Origin: a virus
Lineage: Duplodnaviria > Caudoviricetes
DNA: 64,000 nt
Strand: one strand, 5' to 3'
Virus record (IMG/VR): IMGVR_UViG_3300028603_000034
Location: 1 to 64,000 of that record
The notes beneath the pieces were generated by a model, which was not told the origin of the DNA, ran no database searches, and saw only the letters and a program-made list of their open reading frames with translations. Each line of letters begins with the position of its first letter. Within the stretch, counting starts at the first letter, position 1. Shown here piece by piece: positions 9,957 through 18,215 of the stretch. The translations under genes were made by a program, and so were the position numbers.

Positions 9957-10178
9957 TCAGTTTTCACACATTGTTATTACATTAGTAAGTAATATAGACT
10001 TTGGAATGTAACAATGATTTCCATTAATATTTCTCAACTCAATACAGATACAATTTGGAGTATCCATTACCGAATCAATCAATTTTTTGACTTCATCGAT
10101 TTTTTGTTTTGTTTCATACACCTCGGAAATAAATACAACATTCTGACCATTTCTAATTTGAACCTGTAACATAATCAA
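9957..10178 (-). CDS. Hypothetical protein
   Basis: 73-aa ORF with AAGGAG RBS, between a promoter and rtcB. Confidence 0.65.
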   Translation of the reverse strand: MIMLQVQIRNGQNVVFISEVYETKQKIDEVKKLIDSVMDTPNCICIELRNINGNHCYIPKSILLTNVITMCEN

Positions 10179-10204
10179 ACTCCTTTTAAAATCATTATAT
10201 CTTT

Positions 10205-10233
10205 AATATAGATAATGGAAACAACGAAGTCAA
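10205..10233 (-). promoter_or_regulatory. Early promoter TTGACT-N17-TATATT
   Basis: Exact consensus copy. Confidence 0.8.
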
Positions 10234-10251
10234 GCATTTATTTAAAAAATT

Positions 10252-11403
10252 CTAAATTGTTGATTTTAAATAATTTAGAAAATCTACATTTTCACACATG
10301 CCCTTACCAAGATCATTACTTAGTTTTGCAACAGGATTACCATTACATTCTACCATTTTCATTACATTTTGTAGTGGTGGAATCCCACAATCATTAGTGA
10401 AATTTGTTCCTACTCCAAAACTTACATTAATTTTATTGTAGAAATGTTTATGCAATTCAATTACCTTTGGTATATCTAACCCATCAGAAAATACTAAGTG
10501 TTTTGTTTTAGGGTTAATATTCATTCTTTTATAATGATCTATCATTGTTTCACCCCATTCAAAAGGACAGCCAGAGTCGTGACGTAATCCATCAAATAGT
10601 TTAGAAAAATATAAATCAAAGTCTTTCAAGAATTTATTTGTTCCCAATGTATCACTTAAAGCAATTCCTAAATCTCCTCTGTATTCTTGCACCCAAGATT
10701 CAAAAGCATAACTCTGACTGTCTTTCAATTGACATTTATTCAGTCCTTGAAATGCCATTACAAATTCATGTGCAAAAGTTCCAATCGGTTTTATCTTAAA
10801 TTCCATTGCAAAATGAACATCACTTGTTCCAATTACAACATTATTAGATATTAAATGATTAAGAATGAATCTATGAATATTATAACTGATACGTCTTCTT
10901 GCACCAAAATCGACAATAGTTGGATATTGTCCTGGATGTTCTTTTTCATACATTTCCAATAAATCAATTTTAGTATTTAATCTATTACTGATTTCTTCCA
11001 AATCAATTTTTTGATGTCGGAAATATACCTCTTGTACAATTGATAATACAAATATCTCAAAGAATATGGTATGTATCCAGGGACCTTCTACGGTAATATC
11101 CAATTTACCATCTTTATTTGTGATCTTAATAAAATCACGATTCAATTGGAATAACCTAAGAAATTCTACAAAATCCCTTTTAATAAACCTAATACCAGAT
11201 AAATATTTTAATTCTTTCTCAACAAATCTCAATGTACATAAATGATCAATCTCTTTTTCAATTTCTTCCTTGTATGGAAGCAGATCAATATCATTCCTAC
11301 ATTTAAACCTATACTTAACCCAAGTATCTGGAAATTGATGCAATACAACCTGTAACATAGTCAGTTTATATAAATCCTGATCTAATAACGATCTAATTAT
11401 CAT
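10252..11403 (-). CDS. pncB: Nicotinate phosphoribosyltransferase
   Basis: DLYKLTM, DFGARRR, GTFAHE, DTLGT, RHDSG, FSDGLD, FGVGT and KLSNDLGK motifs. Confidence 0.93.
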   Translation of the reverse strand: MIIRSLLDQDLYKLTMLQVVLHQFPDTWVKYRFKCRNDIDLLPYKEEIEKEIDHLCTLRFVEKELKYLSGIRFIKRDFVEFLRLFQLNRDFIKITNKDGKLDITVEGPWIHTIFFEIFVLSIVQEVYFRHQKIDLEEISNRLNTKIDLLEMYEKEHPGQYPTIVDFGARRRISYNIHRFILNHLISNNVVIGTSDVHFAMEFKIKPIGTFAHEFVMAFQGLNKCQLKDSQSYAFESWVQEYRGDLGIALSDTLGTNKFLKDFDLYFSKLFDGLRHDSGCPFEWGETMIDHYKRMNINPKTKHLVFSDGLDIPKVIELHKHFYNKINVSFGVGTNFTNDCGIPPLQNVMKMVECNGNPVAKLSNDLGKGMCENVDFLNYLKSTI

Positions 11404-11542
11404 ATCATAAACTCCTCATCTGCATTCATATTAATCCTCTTTTTTGATTAATTGTTTAAGTGTTCCCACATATCATCAATTTGTTTGCAAATATCATTGC
11501 TTTCTTAATTAATGCGTTCATTATCAAATCCTTTAAAATTAA

Positions 11543-12097
11543 TTATACTAAGAATCTTACGAATCGAACTCCTGCCCTTTTCATTTCATCAATAGCATTT
11601 TCTGTAGTAGTATCTTCAACACCCATTATGCCATCAGTAAAAACATAAGTATCAATGCCTAATTTCCTAAGACCTATTGCGTGTGCCTTTACACAATAAT
11701 CCGTTGCTACACCAGCAAGATAGACTTCTGTAATTCTGTTTTCTTTCAACCATCTAACAATATCTCGATTACCCAATGTAGGATCAAACACGTCATAACA
11801 TTTCTTATGAAATACCATTTCGTTTTCTTCGGGGAGTGCTTCTTTAATATTTTTTTGACCATCAGTATTCATCATACAATGGAATGGAAAAGGACCACCA
11901 TTTTTAATAAATTCAGGCTCACTTCCATCGTGATTATCTTGAGTAAAGTATACCGTTGTGTTACGTTCTCTACCAAATTTAATAATGTTATTAATCACAT
12001 TTTTAATCTTATCTGCACCAGGGACGTGCAATTTACCACCAACATTCATAAAATCATTTTGTGTATCAATAATTCCAATTACCGTTCTCATAATCAA
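11543..12097 (-). CDS. pncA: Nicotinamidase (isochorismatase family)
   Basis: IDTQNDF, TQDNH, FPFHC, catalytic K (FHKK) and GVATDYCV. Confidence 0.9.
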   Translation of the reverse strand: MIMRTVIGIIDTQNDFMNVGGKLHVPGADKIKNVINNIIKFGRERNTTVYFTQDNHDGSEPEFIKNGGPFPFHCMMNTDGQKNIKEALPEENEMVFHKKCYDVFDPTLGNRDIVRWLKENRITEVYLAGVATDYCVKAHAIGLRKLGIDTYVFTDGIMGVEDTTTENAIDEMKRAGVRFVRFLV

Positions 12098-12209
12098 TTC
12101 TCCTTTTCTTTTTTAACTTCTCTCATATCAACTATTCTTGCCGTATCACCAATCCTATAACCATAGTCATTAGGTAATTCTTTATAATCCTCCAAATGGT
12201 TACGATATA

Positions 12210-12238
12210 AATATAATTAATGGAACATGTGAAGTCAA
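12210..12238 (-). promoter_or_regulatory. Early promoter TTGACT-N17-TATATT upstream of pncA-pncB
   Basis: Exact consensus copy. Confidence 0.8.
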
Positions 12239-12281
12239 ATGTTTTTTGAGAAAAATACTTTAATATATAAATCAAGGAGTT

Positions 12282-12569
12282 ATGATGTTTAAATGTGAGT
12301 TTCCTAATTGTGGGTTTCAATCAGAAGATAGATTTTTATATGAATCCCATCATATTATTCCCGTTTCAATGAATGGTGAAAATAGTCAAAGAAATCGAAT
12401 ACTTGTATGTAGGACTTGTCACGCAAAAATTTTTGTTCCTGGTATTGAGAAAGGTATTCATTCTACTAATAGTCCCGAAAAAATAATCATATTAGGTTGG
12501 AGATTAGGAACAGGGAAACAAAAAATTCTCCACTATAAAAATTATAATGGAGAAGAATGTTTTTATTGA
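12282..12569 (+). CDS. Small HNH endonuclease-like protein
   Basis: CxxxxC...ESHHIIP...N..N.I.VCRTCH; AAGGAG RBS; opposite strand to neighbours. Confidence 0.75.
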   Translation: MMFKCEFPNCGFQSEDRFLYESHHIIPVSMNGENSQRNRILVCRTCHAKIFVPGIEKGIHSTNSPEKIIILGWRLGTGKQKILHYKNYNGEECFY

Positions 12570-12817
12570 TTAGTAGTTCTTTCAATTGTTTCTCTATCAA
12601 TATTAATTTTTAATGCTTCTCTAAAAGATCGATCTAGTGTTATTGGTTCTGAATTAGGATCATCGGTGTCCATAATATAAATAGGAGTAGGATTATCTAA
12701 ATATCCTTGGACTTCAGTATCATCAAATGTGAATTTTCTTGATCTTCTTGGTTGTGTTGTTTCTGCGCCCAGTATAATCATAAACGATAATATTAATATT
12801 GATAAAACAAAACCCAT
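12563..12817 (-). CDS. Small exported protein resembling GltF/CglF-type envelope proteins
   Basis: Signal-peptide-like N-terminus then FTFDDTEVQGYLDNP..IYI...DRSFRE; similarity recalled, not searched. Confidence 0.45.
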   Translation of the reverse strand: MGFVLSILILSFMIILGAETTQPRRSRKFTFDDTEVQGYLDNPTPIYIMDTDDPNSEPITLDRSFREALKINIDRETIERTTNQ

Positions 12818-12843
12818 TCCTAACGGATATATAAGGAATGGGT
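12812..12843 (-). promoter_or_regulatory. 10-bp hairpin sequestering the RBS and start codon of 12563..12817
   Basis: mRNA reads ACCCAUUCCU-12 nt-AGGAAUGGGU; the 3' arm contains AGGA and the AUG. Confidence 0.6.
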
Positions 12844-12856
12844 AAAATAAAATAAT

Positions 12857-13636
12857 TTAATTAAAATTATCTTTTAAGATTTTTTTTGCTTTTGTATAGA
12901 GTTCTTCTCTATGGGGAAGTCCGTTAAATCCCCCATTAATAACTCTTGTTTGTCCTCTTAGGTCGTCTTGGTCTGCAAATCTGTTGAGGTTGTGTTTGTT
13001 CCAAAACCATATCGTAGCGTCTATTATTCCTTTATAGGTTTCTAAATATGGGATAACTTCATCTATCGATTTACCTATACTTTTTGCAAATTCTTCATAG
13101 TTTGCTCTTCCAGTTAGTTGGATTGCTGATCTGCCTCTAAACTTCCAACCATCACCAGAATGTTCGTCACCATTACCCATTCTGTTCGCATATGCACGAT
13201 TAGCTATCCTTTCGGGGTTTCTTGCATAATGATCTACAATATCTACAGTAAAATGTCTTGGAAAGACTCTAAGTAAAGCTTCTCTACTATAATTAAGATT
13301 TTCAGTAAAGACAGTATACATAGCACTTTCGTGACCTGTTTGAGCAAGAAAAGACGATACTCTTTCTAGCGTATCAATTTTGTTTTTTCTTAAAGTCTTA
13401 TTTAATATATCAACAAAAGAAATATCTGCTATTGGAAATAATTTCTTAAATTGTTCTTCTGTTATTAAAACTTTCTTTTCTTCAATATTACTTTCCTCTG
13501 GTTTTTCTTCAATATTACTTTCCTCTGGTTTTTCTTCATCTACCATTACAATATCTTCAATAGGTGGATTTGGAATAACATTAGTATATCGCAATAATTT
13601 TTTAATAATTTTCATTATCAATTTAAGTATTTCCAT
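12857..13636 (-). CDS. Glycoside hydrolase family 19 endolysin
   Basis: FLAQTGHES, ENLNYS, YANRMGNGD, DGWKFRGR..IQLTG..NY and INGG.NGL..R; N-terminal 27-bp tandem duplication (EEKPEESNI x2). Confidence 0.92.
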   Translation of the reverse strand: MEILKLIMKIIKKLLRYTNVIPNPPIEDIVMVDEEKPEESNIEEKPEESNIEEKKVLITEEQFKKLFPIADISFVDILNKTLRKNKIDTLERVSSFLAQTGHESAMYTVFTENLNYSREALLRVFPRHFTVDIVDHYARNPERIANRAYANRMGNGDEHSGDGWKFRGRSAIQLTGRANYEEFAKSIGKSIDEVIPYLETYKGIIDATIWFWNKHNLNRFADQDDLRGQTRVINGGFNGLPHREELYTKAKKILKDNFN

Positions 13637-13668
13637 TATTATCTCCTTTGTATGGTTTATGCATACAA

Positions 13669-14283
13669 TTATTCTACTGTGATTAATTGTTTTGCAAACG
13701 GTAAAGATTTAATCCAACAACATAAAGTCCTAAACTCTGGTTGTCTGTGGAATCTTCTATCAAAGAAAATATGACGGAGTGCCTGATAATTTAAATTCAA
13801 TGTTCTTTCTTGTAGGAATCCCTCTGGTAAATTATCTTTAATCTCCATCAATACTTCATTACAAGGATTATATCTATACATCTCAATCTTTTTATTTATA
13901 AGATCAATAGTTGATTGTTCTGTATATTTCGCAAAGTCAGTTTTTTCTAAAATTTTTTTATTAATAGTGTGCATTGTAGAATCTGAAAACATTTCTATAT
14001 CAGATGGGTCAATATCAATTCTACCAAGTTTATAAGTATCAAAATCAACCCAAAATCTCCTTGGTGCTTTCAAATCTAACCAAACCCATACCATCCTCAT
14101 TATCTTTGCGTGTGAATCACCATTCTTAATAAGACCAGATAATAACTTAAAATCTTTTTCCCCAAAAGTATAATTAGTATAATCACCAAAACTATCGGAT
14201 TTATCTTGAGAATTAAAAGAACGTCTAACAGCGTCTATTACTCTATGATATCCAAAACATTCGACATTTTTAATTTCTATCAT
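13669..14283 (-). CDS. thyX: Flavin-dependent thymidylate synthase-like (phage ThyX-like) protein
   Basis: GDSHAK.MR, APR.FW..FDTYK, STMHT, LPEGFLQ.R and NY..LR.I...RR.H motifs. Confidence 0.7.
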   Translation of the reverse strand: MIEIKNVECFGYHRVIDAVRRSFNSQDKSDSFGDYTNYTFGEKDFKLLSGLIKNGDSHAKIMRMVWVWLDLKAPRRFWVDFDTYKLGRIDIDPSDIEMFSDSTMHTINKKILEKTDFAKYTEQSTIDLINKKIEMYRYNPCNEVLMEIKDNLPEGFLQERTLNLNYQALRHIFFDRRFHRQPEFRTLCCWIKSLPFAKQLITVE

Positions 14284-14370
14284 CGATTTCCCCCTCCTCA
14301 ATTACTAAATGTTTAATTAGATCATCAATCTTTTTCATGTGATCCTTTTTTATCTTTTCCTCTTTCCATT

Positions 14371-15189
14371 TTAACTCCTAATCAACAATTTAAGTGCAGA
14401 AAATAATCTATCCAATCTCAAGAAAGTATCTTTTATTTCTTCCCAATTTGAAACATACTTACGCTCTTGATTATTAAATCTAATATATTCTTTTACTTTT
14501 GAAAAAGAAAGATTATAAATAATTTTATTATTTGCTTTTTCTATTTTTACTTTATAATTTATACCCGAAACACGGGTATTGAATCCTAATAAAGTCTTTC
14601 TAATTTCATAAGTATCTCCCATTTTTCTAATAGGATAAATATTAATATTAGGAATAGACATTTTATAATCTTGTAAATGATTTTGCAAAGGAATTTTATT
14701 TAACGATGATAACATAACGGGATAAGAAATATTATTGTCCACATATGATGTTTTCTGAAAACAAGTATCAACTTCTAAAATAAATAGATTAATAGGAATA
14801 GATACAATATATCTATGATTGTTATTAAATACATTTGAATAAAGTTCTAATACATCTTTACATTCTATCCAATACGAATAACCTTCTAACCACAATCTAC
14901 CATTAGGACTAATAGGAGATAGTTGATTAATTAATTTATATATTTTATCATAATTATCAGGACTATTATTTAATATATCAATCAAACAATAATGTTTAAT
15001 AACAACAGAACTTGGAGCAATTATTCTTCCAATTCTAATCTTAATATTATTACTCATATCTTTAGATAATTGTTTATCTTTCTGTATTTGTTCATCTGAA
15101 ACAAATTCATTGTATTCATATCTTTTTTTTAATTTGGTGATTAAATTATCGTGAAACTGTAATAGTTTAGTTTTATATAATAAATTCAT
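14371..15189 (-). CDS. Hypothetical protein
   Basis: 272-aa ORF; WLEGYSYW weakly recalls heparinase/lyase-type helical domains. Confidence 0.6.
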   Translation of the reverse strand: MNLLYKTKLLQFHDNLITKLKKRYEYNEFVSDEQIQKDKQLSKDMSNNIKIRIGRIIAPSSVVIKHYCLIDILNNSPDNYDKIYKLINQLSPISPNGRLWLEGYSYWIECKDVLELYSNVFNNNHRYIVSIPINLFILEVDTCFQKTSYVDNNISYPVMLSSLNKIPLQNHLQDYKMSIPNINIYPIRKMGDTYEIRKTLLGFNTRVSGINYKVKIEKANNKIIYNLSFSKVKEYIRFNNQERKYVSNWEEIKDTFLRLDRLFSALKLLIRS

Positions 15190-15341
15190 TACATTATTCT
15201 CCTAACATATTAATCATTTTAGAATAAAACTCAACACTATCTGCTAATTTCCTATAATCAATCATCTAGTACCATCCTTAAAAACTAATTTTGTAAGATC
15301 ACTCATTTTCTTTAAATCTTCCATTGTTAAACCGTAAGTTA

Positions 15342-15401
15342 TAGCAACGCCTATTCAAACGCCCGAAGCGGTATTTCCGTTTTGGGCTTTGATTGTTGTG
15401 T
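15342..15401. repeat. 60-bp imperfect GC-rich palindrome with attC-like features
   Basis: CAAC...GTTG ends, TCAAA(C)GCCC/GGGCTTTGA stem with one bulged base, 6 nt after the stop of ORF 15408..15569. Confidence 0.5.
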
Positions 15402-15407
15402 GATGTA

Positions 15408-15569
15408 CTAATTTAAACCTTTGATAAGGCTCATAACTTCTTTAGCACACCAAAAAATAGGTTCCTCTTCTCGAATTTCATCATCCGTCATATCCTCTTC
15501 AATCCACGGTTCTGTATCGCCCAAAACACCTTCAAGTGTGTCAAAAATAACTTTTAACTTGTCTTTCAT
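15408..15569 (-). CDS. 53-aa acidic protein not in the ORF track (MKDKLKVIFD...LIKGLN)
   Basis: AGGAGG RBS, ATG at 15569, TAG at 15408-15410. Confidence 0.65.
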   Translation of the reverse strand: MKDKLKVIFDTLEGVLGDTEPWIEEDMTDDEIREEEPIFWCAKEVMSLIKGLN

Positions 15570-15729
15570 CGTAACCTCCTTAAAATTAGTATTTCACACA
15601 ACTTCCTCAAGAGCACCATATATCTGATAATTCAACAATTTCTAATATTTTACAACCTTGTTTCTTAGCATCATTATATTCAGATATTTCCTCTGAAATA
15701 TGCGTTTTATGATATCCCAAGTGTTCCTC

Positions 15730-16179
15730 CTACCCAATTCTTTCTTTTAATAATTTAGACAACACACTTTTATTTAAGATTCTACTATCAGTTTCAGTAA
15801 TTTCTTTAATTATTTTGCCCATTAATTTCATAGAGACTTCTTCTCCATTCCTCTCGATGTATTCATCTAACCAATTAGATAAATCAGATTCAGGAATTTC
15901 TTTTGGTGAAACAATGTCAATTAACTTCAATTGATGTTCCAATTCTAACAATTTATCAGTTTGTTTATTTGATTGTCTAACATATCCCATTTCTTCATTG
16001 ATTTTCTTTTTTTCTTTTTGAAAAATAGAAATTACAATTTCATCAGTAGGCGACTCAATTCTCTGTTCCATCACTACATTTTGAATCTGAGCATCTATAT
16101 ATCTAAAAAATGATACGGTTGATTTTTCACCACTTTTCATTGCGTTATTAATTGCAGTTTTAATAACAGTATATAACAT
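15730..16179 (-). CDS. GatB/YqeY domain protein
   Basis: AMKSGEK..., LE.QL.LI....PK...E..L and MK.MGKIIK pattern. Confidence 0.7.
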   Translation of the reverse strand: MLYTVIKTAINNAMKSGEKSTVSFFRYIDAQIQNVVMEQRIESPTDEIVISIFQKEKKKINEEMGYVRQSNKQTDKLLELEHQLKLIDIVSPKEIPESDLSNWLDEYIERNGEEVSMKLMGKIIKEITETDSRILNKSVLSKLLKERIG

Positions 16180-16227
16180 ATATCTCTCCTTTAAATATGT
16201 TTTTCAATATAACTTCTGTACGAAGGG

Positions 16228-16548
16228 CTATTCGCCCGAGTCAGGTTGATTAGCTTGTTCGGTGTTTTTGGCACCTTCGATAATTTCAAGCCCAAGTCTT
16301 TTATAAAACGAAACCAACTTTTCCAAATCGATGCTGTTCTCCCTTGGGGTGGCTTCGATTTCAATTCTGCCTTGATAGCCAGTTTTCCTGATTTCGTTTA
16401 TTACGAATTGTAAATGCTTTCTCGCATGACCTTGTCCCCGGTATTCCGGCTCAATATACAAATTGAATATCACGGGGTTTTTACCCGGCTCGATAGAATA
16501 ATAGCAATAACCATATTTATCGTGAAAAAAGTTTTCGCATTCTTCCAT
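16228..16548 (-). CDS. GNAT-family N-acetyltransferase, probably a captured integron gene cassette
   Basis: NLYIEPEYRGQGHA and LVSFYKRLG motifs; more GC-rich than flanks; GTTGGAT core 11 nt before the ATG; attC left arm at the 3' end. Confidence 0.8.
   Translation of the reverse strand: MEECENFFHDKYGYCYYSIEPGKNPVIFNLYIEPEYRGQGHARKHLQFVINEIRKTGYQGRIEIEATPRENSIDLEKLVSFYKRLGLEIIEGAKNTEQANQPDSGE
16240..16263 (-). other. Left arm of an integron attC site
   Basis: ACCGAAC-AAGCT-AATCAACC-TGAC has canonical R''/5-nt spacer/L'' geometry; right arm not recognisable. Confidence 0.55.
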
Positions 16549-16604
16549 TCCAAACTCCTATCCAACTGACGTTTCGTTAATAAACCACTTATGTTAGTAT
16601 GATT

Positions 16605-16633
16605 AATATAATTAATGTCACAAATAAAATCAA
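16605..16633 (-). promoter_or_regulatory. Early promoter variant TTGATT-N17-TATATT
   Basis: One mismatch to the consensus; upstream of the GNAT gene. Confidence 0.65.
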
Positions 16634-17033
16634 GTTCATAATGAACATATAACAACATTCTCGGATAGTATGTCTTTTATTTTGTTTCCAACTTCCTCCC
16701 AAGATAATTCCCCTGCACCACATCCTGGTTTACATATTTTTTCAATAAATATTTAAATCTTTATAATACATTCCTTTAGGAATTACGGAAACATCTTTCA
16801 TTACCAGTCCTCAACATTTGAGCTTGACAATGGTATATTTCAACATTAGTTAAGTTTAACTCTTCACCACACCCACATTTAACTTTAACAATACTTTGCC
16901 CTCTGTTCACAATCCAATTTAAATTCCATTATAGTTCCTTTAATTTTTAATTTTCTCATATACGTGGCAGACTTTTCCAGAATCATCATAAATAGGATAA
17001 TTAACATTATTTCCAAAATTAATATTCATGCTA

Positions 17034-17681
17034 TTACCTATTCTTATAGGTTTGTACTAATTTAGCAACTTCGTTCCTAAGACCTCTTTGTGGATGTGAA
17101 TATAGATTATATCGAAATACATCATATTCACCAAGAATATAATAATTTTGATCTACAAATCCAAATTTAAAAACCATTCTTGGAATTTCATTTAATACCG
17201 TATTAGTCCATTCTTCTGGTGTTTGATCATTTACCCTCGCTAAAATTTCTAATGCTTCGGGATTCTCTTCACAATATAATCTCATAGCATAAAATCCAGC
17301 AATAGATTGAAAAGTTTGTAACATTACAGCAGAAAATATTTGAGAATGTTCATATAATAATTCATCTCTATTTTGGTGAAACATTTGTTGATTTGCATAA
17401 ACATTAATAGCTTTTAAATATAAATTAATTTCAATTAACGTATCATTAACAACCCCATCCATAATAAAACCTTGATATGAATTATGAAGTCTGCCTCTTT
17501 GAACAAGATTGACTATTCGTTTAATAAAATCAAGTCCACCCATTTCTGTATTCATATATCGTTCTGTACCAGCAACATATATGTGAGAAGTTACATTTTC
17601 TCTTTGAGATATCTCTAACTGTTGAGAAAATGATTGTGTAAATAACACTAATGACATAATAAGAACCAAAATAAACTTCAT
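17034..17681 (-). CDS. Exported protein with signal peptide (likely start MKFILVL)
   Basis: Basic-hydrophobic N-terminus followed by a soluble domain; function unknown. Confidence 0.7.
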   Translation of the reverse strand: MKFILVLIMSLVLFTQSFSQQLEISQRENVTSHIYVAGTERYMNTEMGGLDFIKRIVNLVQRGRLHNSYQGFIMDGVVNDTLIEINLYLKAINVYANQQMFHQNRDELLYEHSQIFSAVMLQTFQSIAGFYAMRLYCEENPEALEILARVNDQTPEEWTNTVLNEIPRMVFKFGFVDQNYYILGEYDVFRYNLYSHPQRGLRNEVAKLVQTYKNR

Positions 17682-17746
17682 ACAAACAACCCCTTTCAAT
17701 TAATGAATAAATTAATTATCTCTTTTACCATAATGAATAACTTTTA
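17650..17746. repeat. 97-bp direct repeat, copy A (second copy of the ligase 3' end, intergenic region and signal-peptide start)
   Basis: Aligns without gaps to 20299-20395 with 6 mismatches by manual count. Confidence 0.92.
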
Positions 17747-17749
17747 TTA

Positions 17750-17958
17750 GTGAACTACCGATAAGCTAAAGACTTGTCGGCTTCCTAGTCAATATTCCTA
17801 ACGGAACAAGTTTACCTAGGCTATCTTCGTAGTACCTACGATTCTATTTCTCAAACCTTCGTTGAGTATGTTTATTGCAACATTTATAATCATCTCCTTT
17901 CTAAATTACACATTCATCCACTAGGCTGAAGACCTAGTGGATTTCTACTAGTGCACAT
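17750..17958 (-). mobile_element. Miniature non-autonomous IS200/IS605-family (tnpB) element
   Basis: Left-end 10-bp hairpin (17916-17942), RBS+ATG, deletion joining to the TnpB C-terminus AINILNEGLRNRIVGTTKIA*, then an omega-RNA-like right end ending GTAGTTCAC; TTTAA precedes the left end; left boundary approximate. Confidence 0.8.
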
Positions 17959-18027
17959 TTAAAAACTTTAATATTTCATTTTGTCCCCATTTCTTCAAAA
18001 TTATATATTTCCTACTTATTCATTACT

Positions 18028-18056
18028 AATATAATATATGGAAATATTGAAGTCAA
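18028..18056 (-). promoter_or_regulatory. Early promoter TTGACT-N17-TATATT
   Basis: Exact consensus; near-identical to 22629-22657. Confidence 0.8.
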
Positions 18057-18215
18057 TCATTATTTTTAATAGTTACATCGATTTATCTATTACTTTAAGC
18101 TATAAAATTTTAATTTCATAAAAATCTCTATCATTTAATGGCCATTATGTGCATCTATTAGATGATTTTCAATTTGTAGATTATGGACTGGGTTATTACA
18201 AGTTGTTTGTCTTTT

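Noticed and set aside
13648-13668. T4 gene e-like translational hairpin before the endolysin
   Set aside because: Only a 7-bp AT-rich stem that barely touches the RBS; the loop is not an exact late promoter
17730-17749. Self-targeting of the ligase gene by the mini-element guide
   Set aside because: The matching ligase site differs in the first 3 (seed) nt and is preceded by TCCAA rather than the presumed TTTAA motif; the match is explained by the direct repeat
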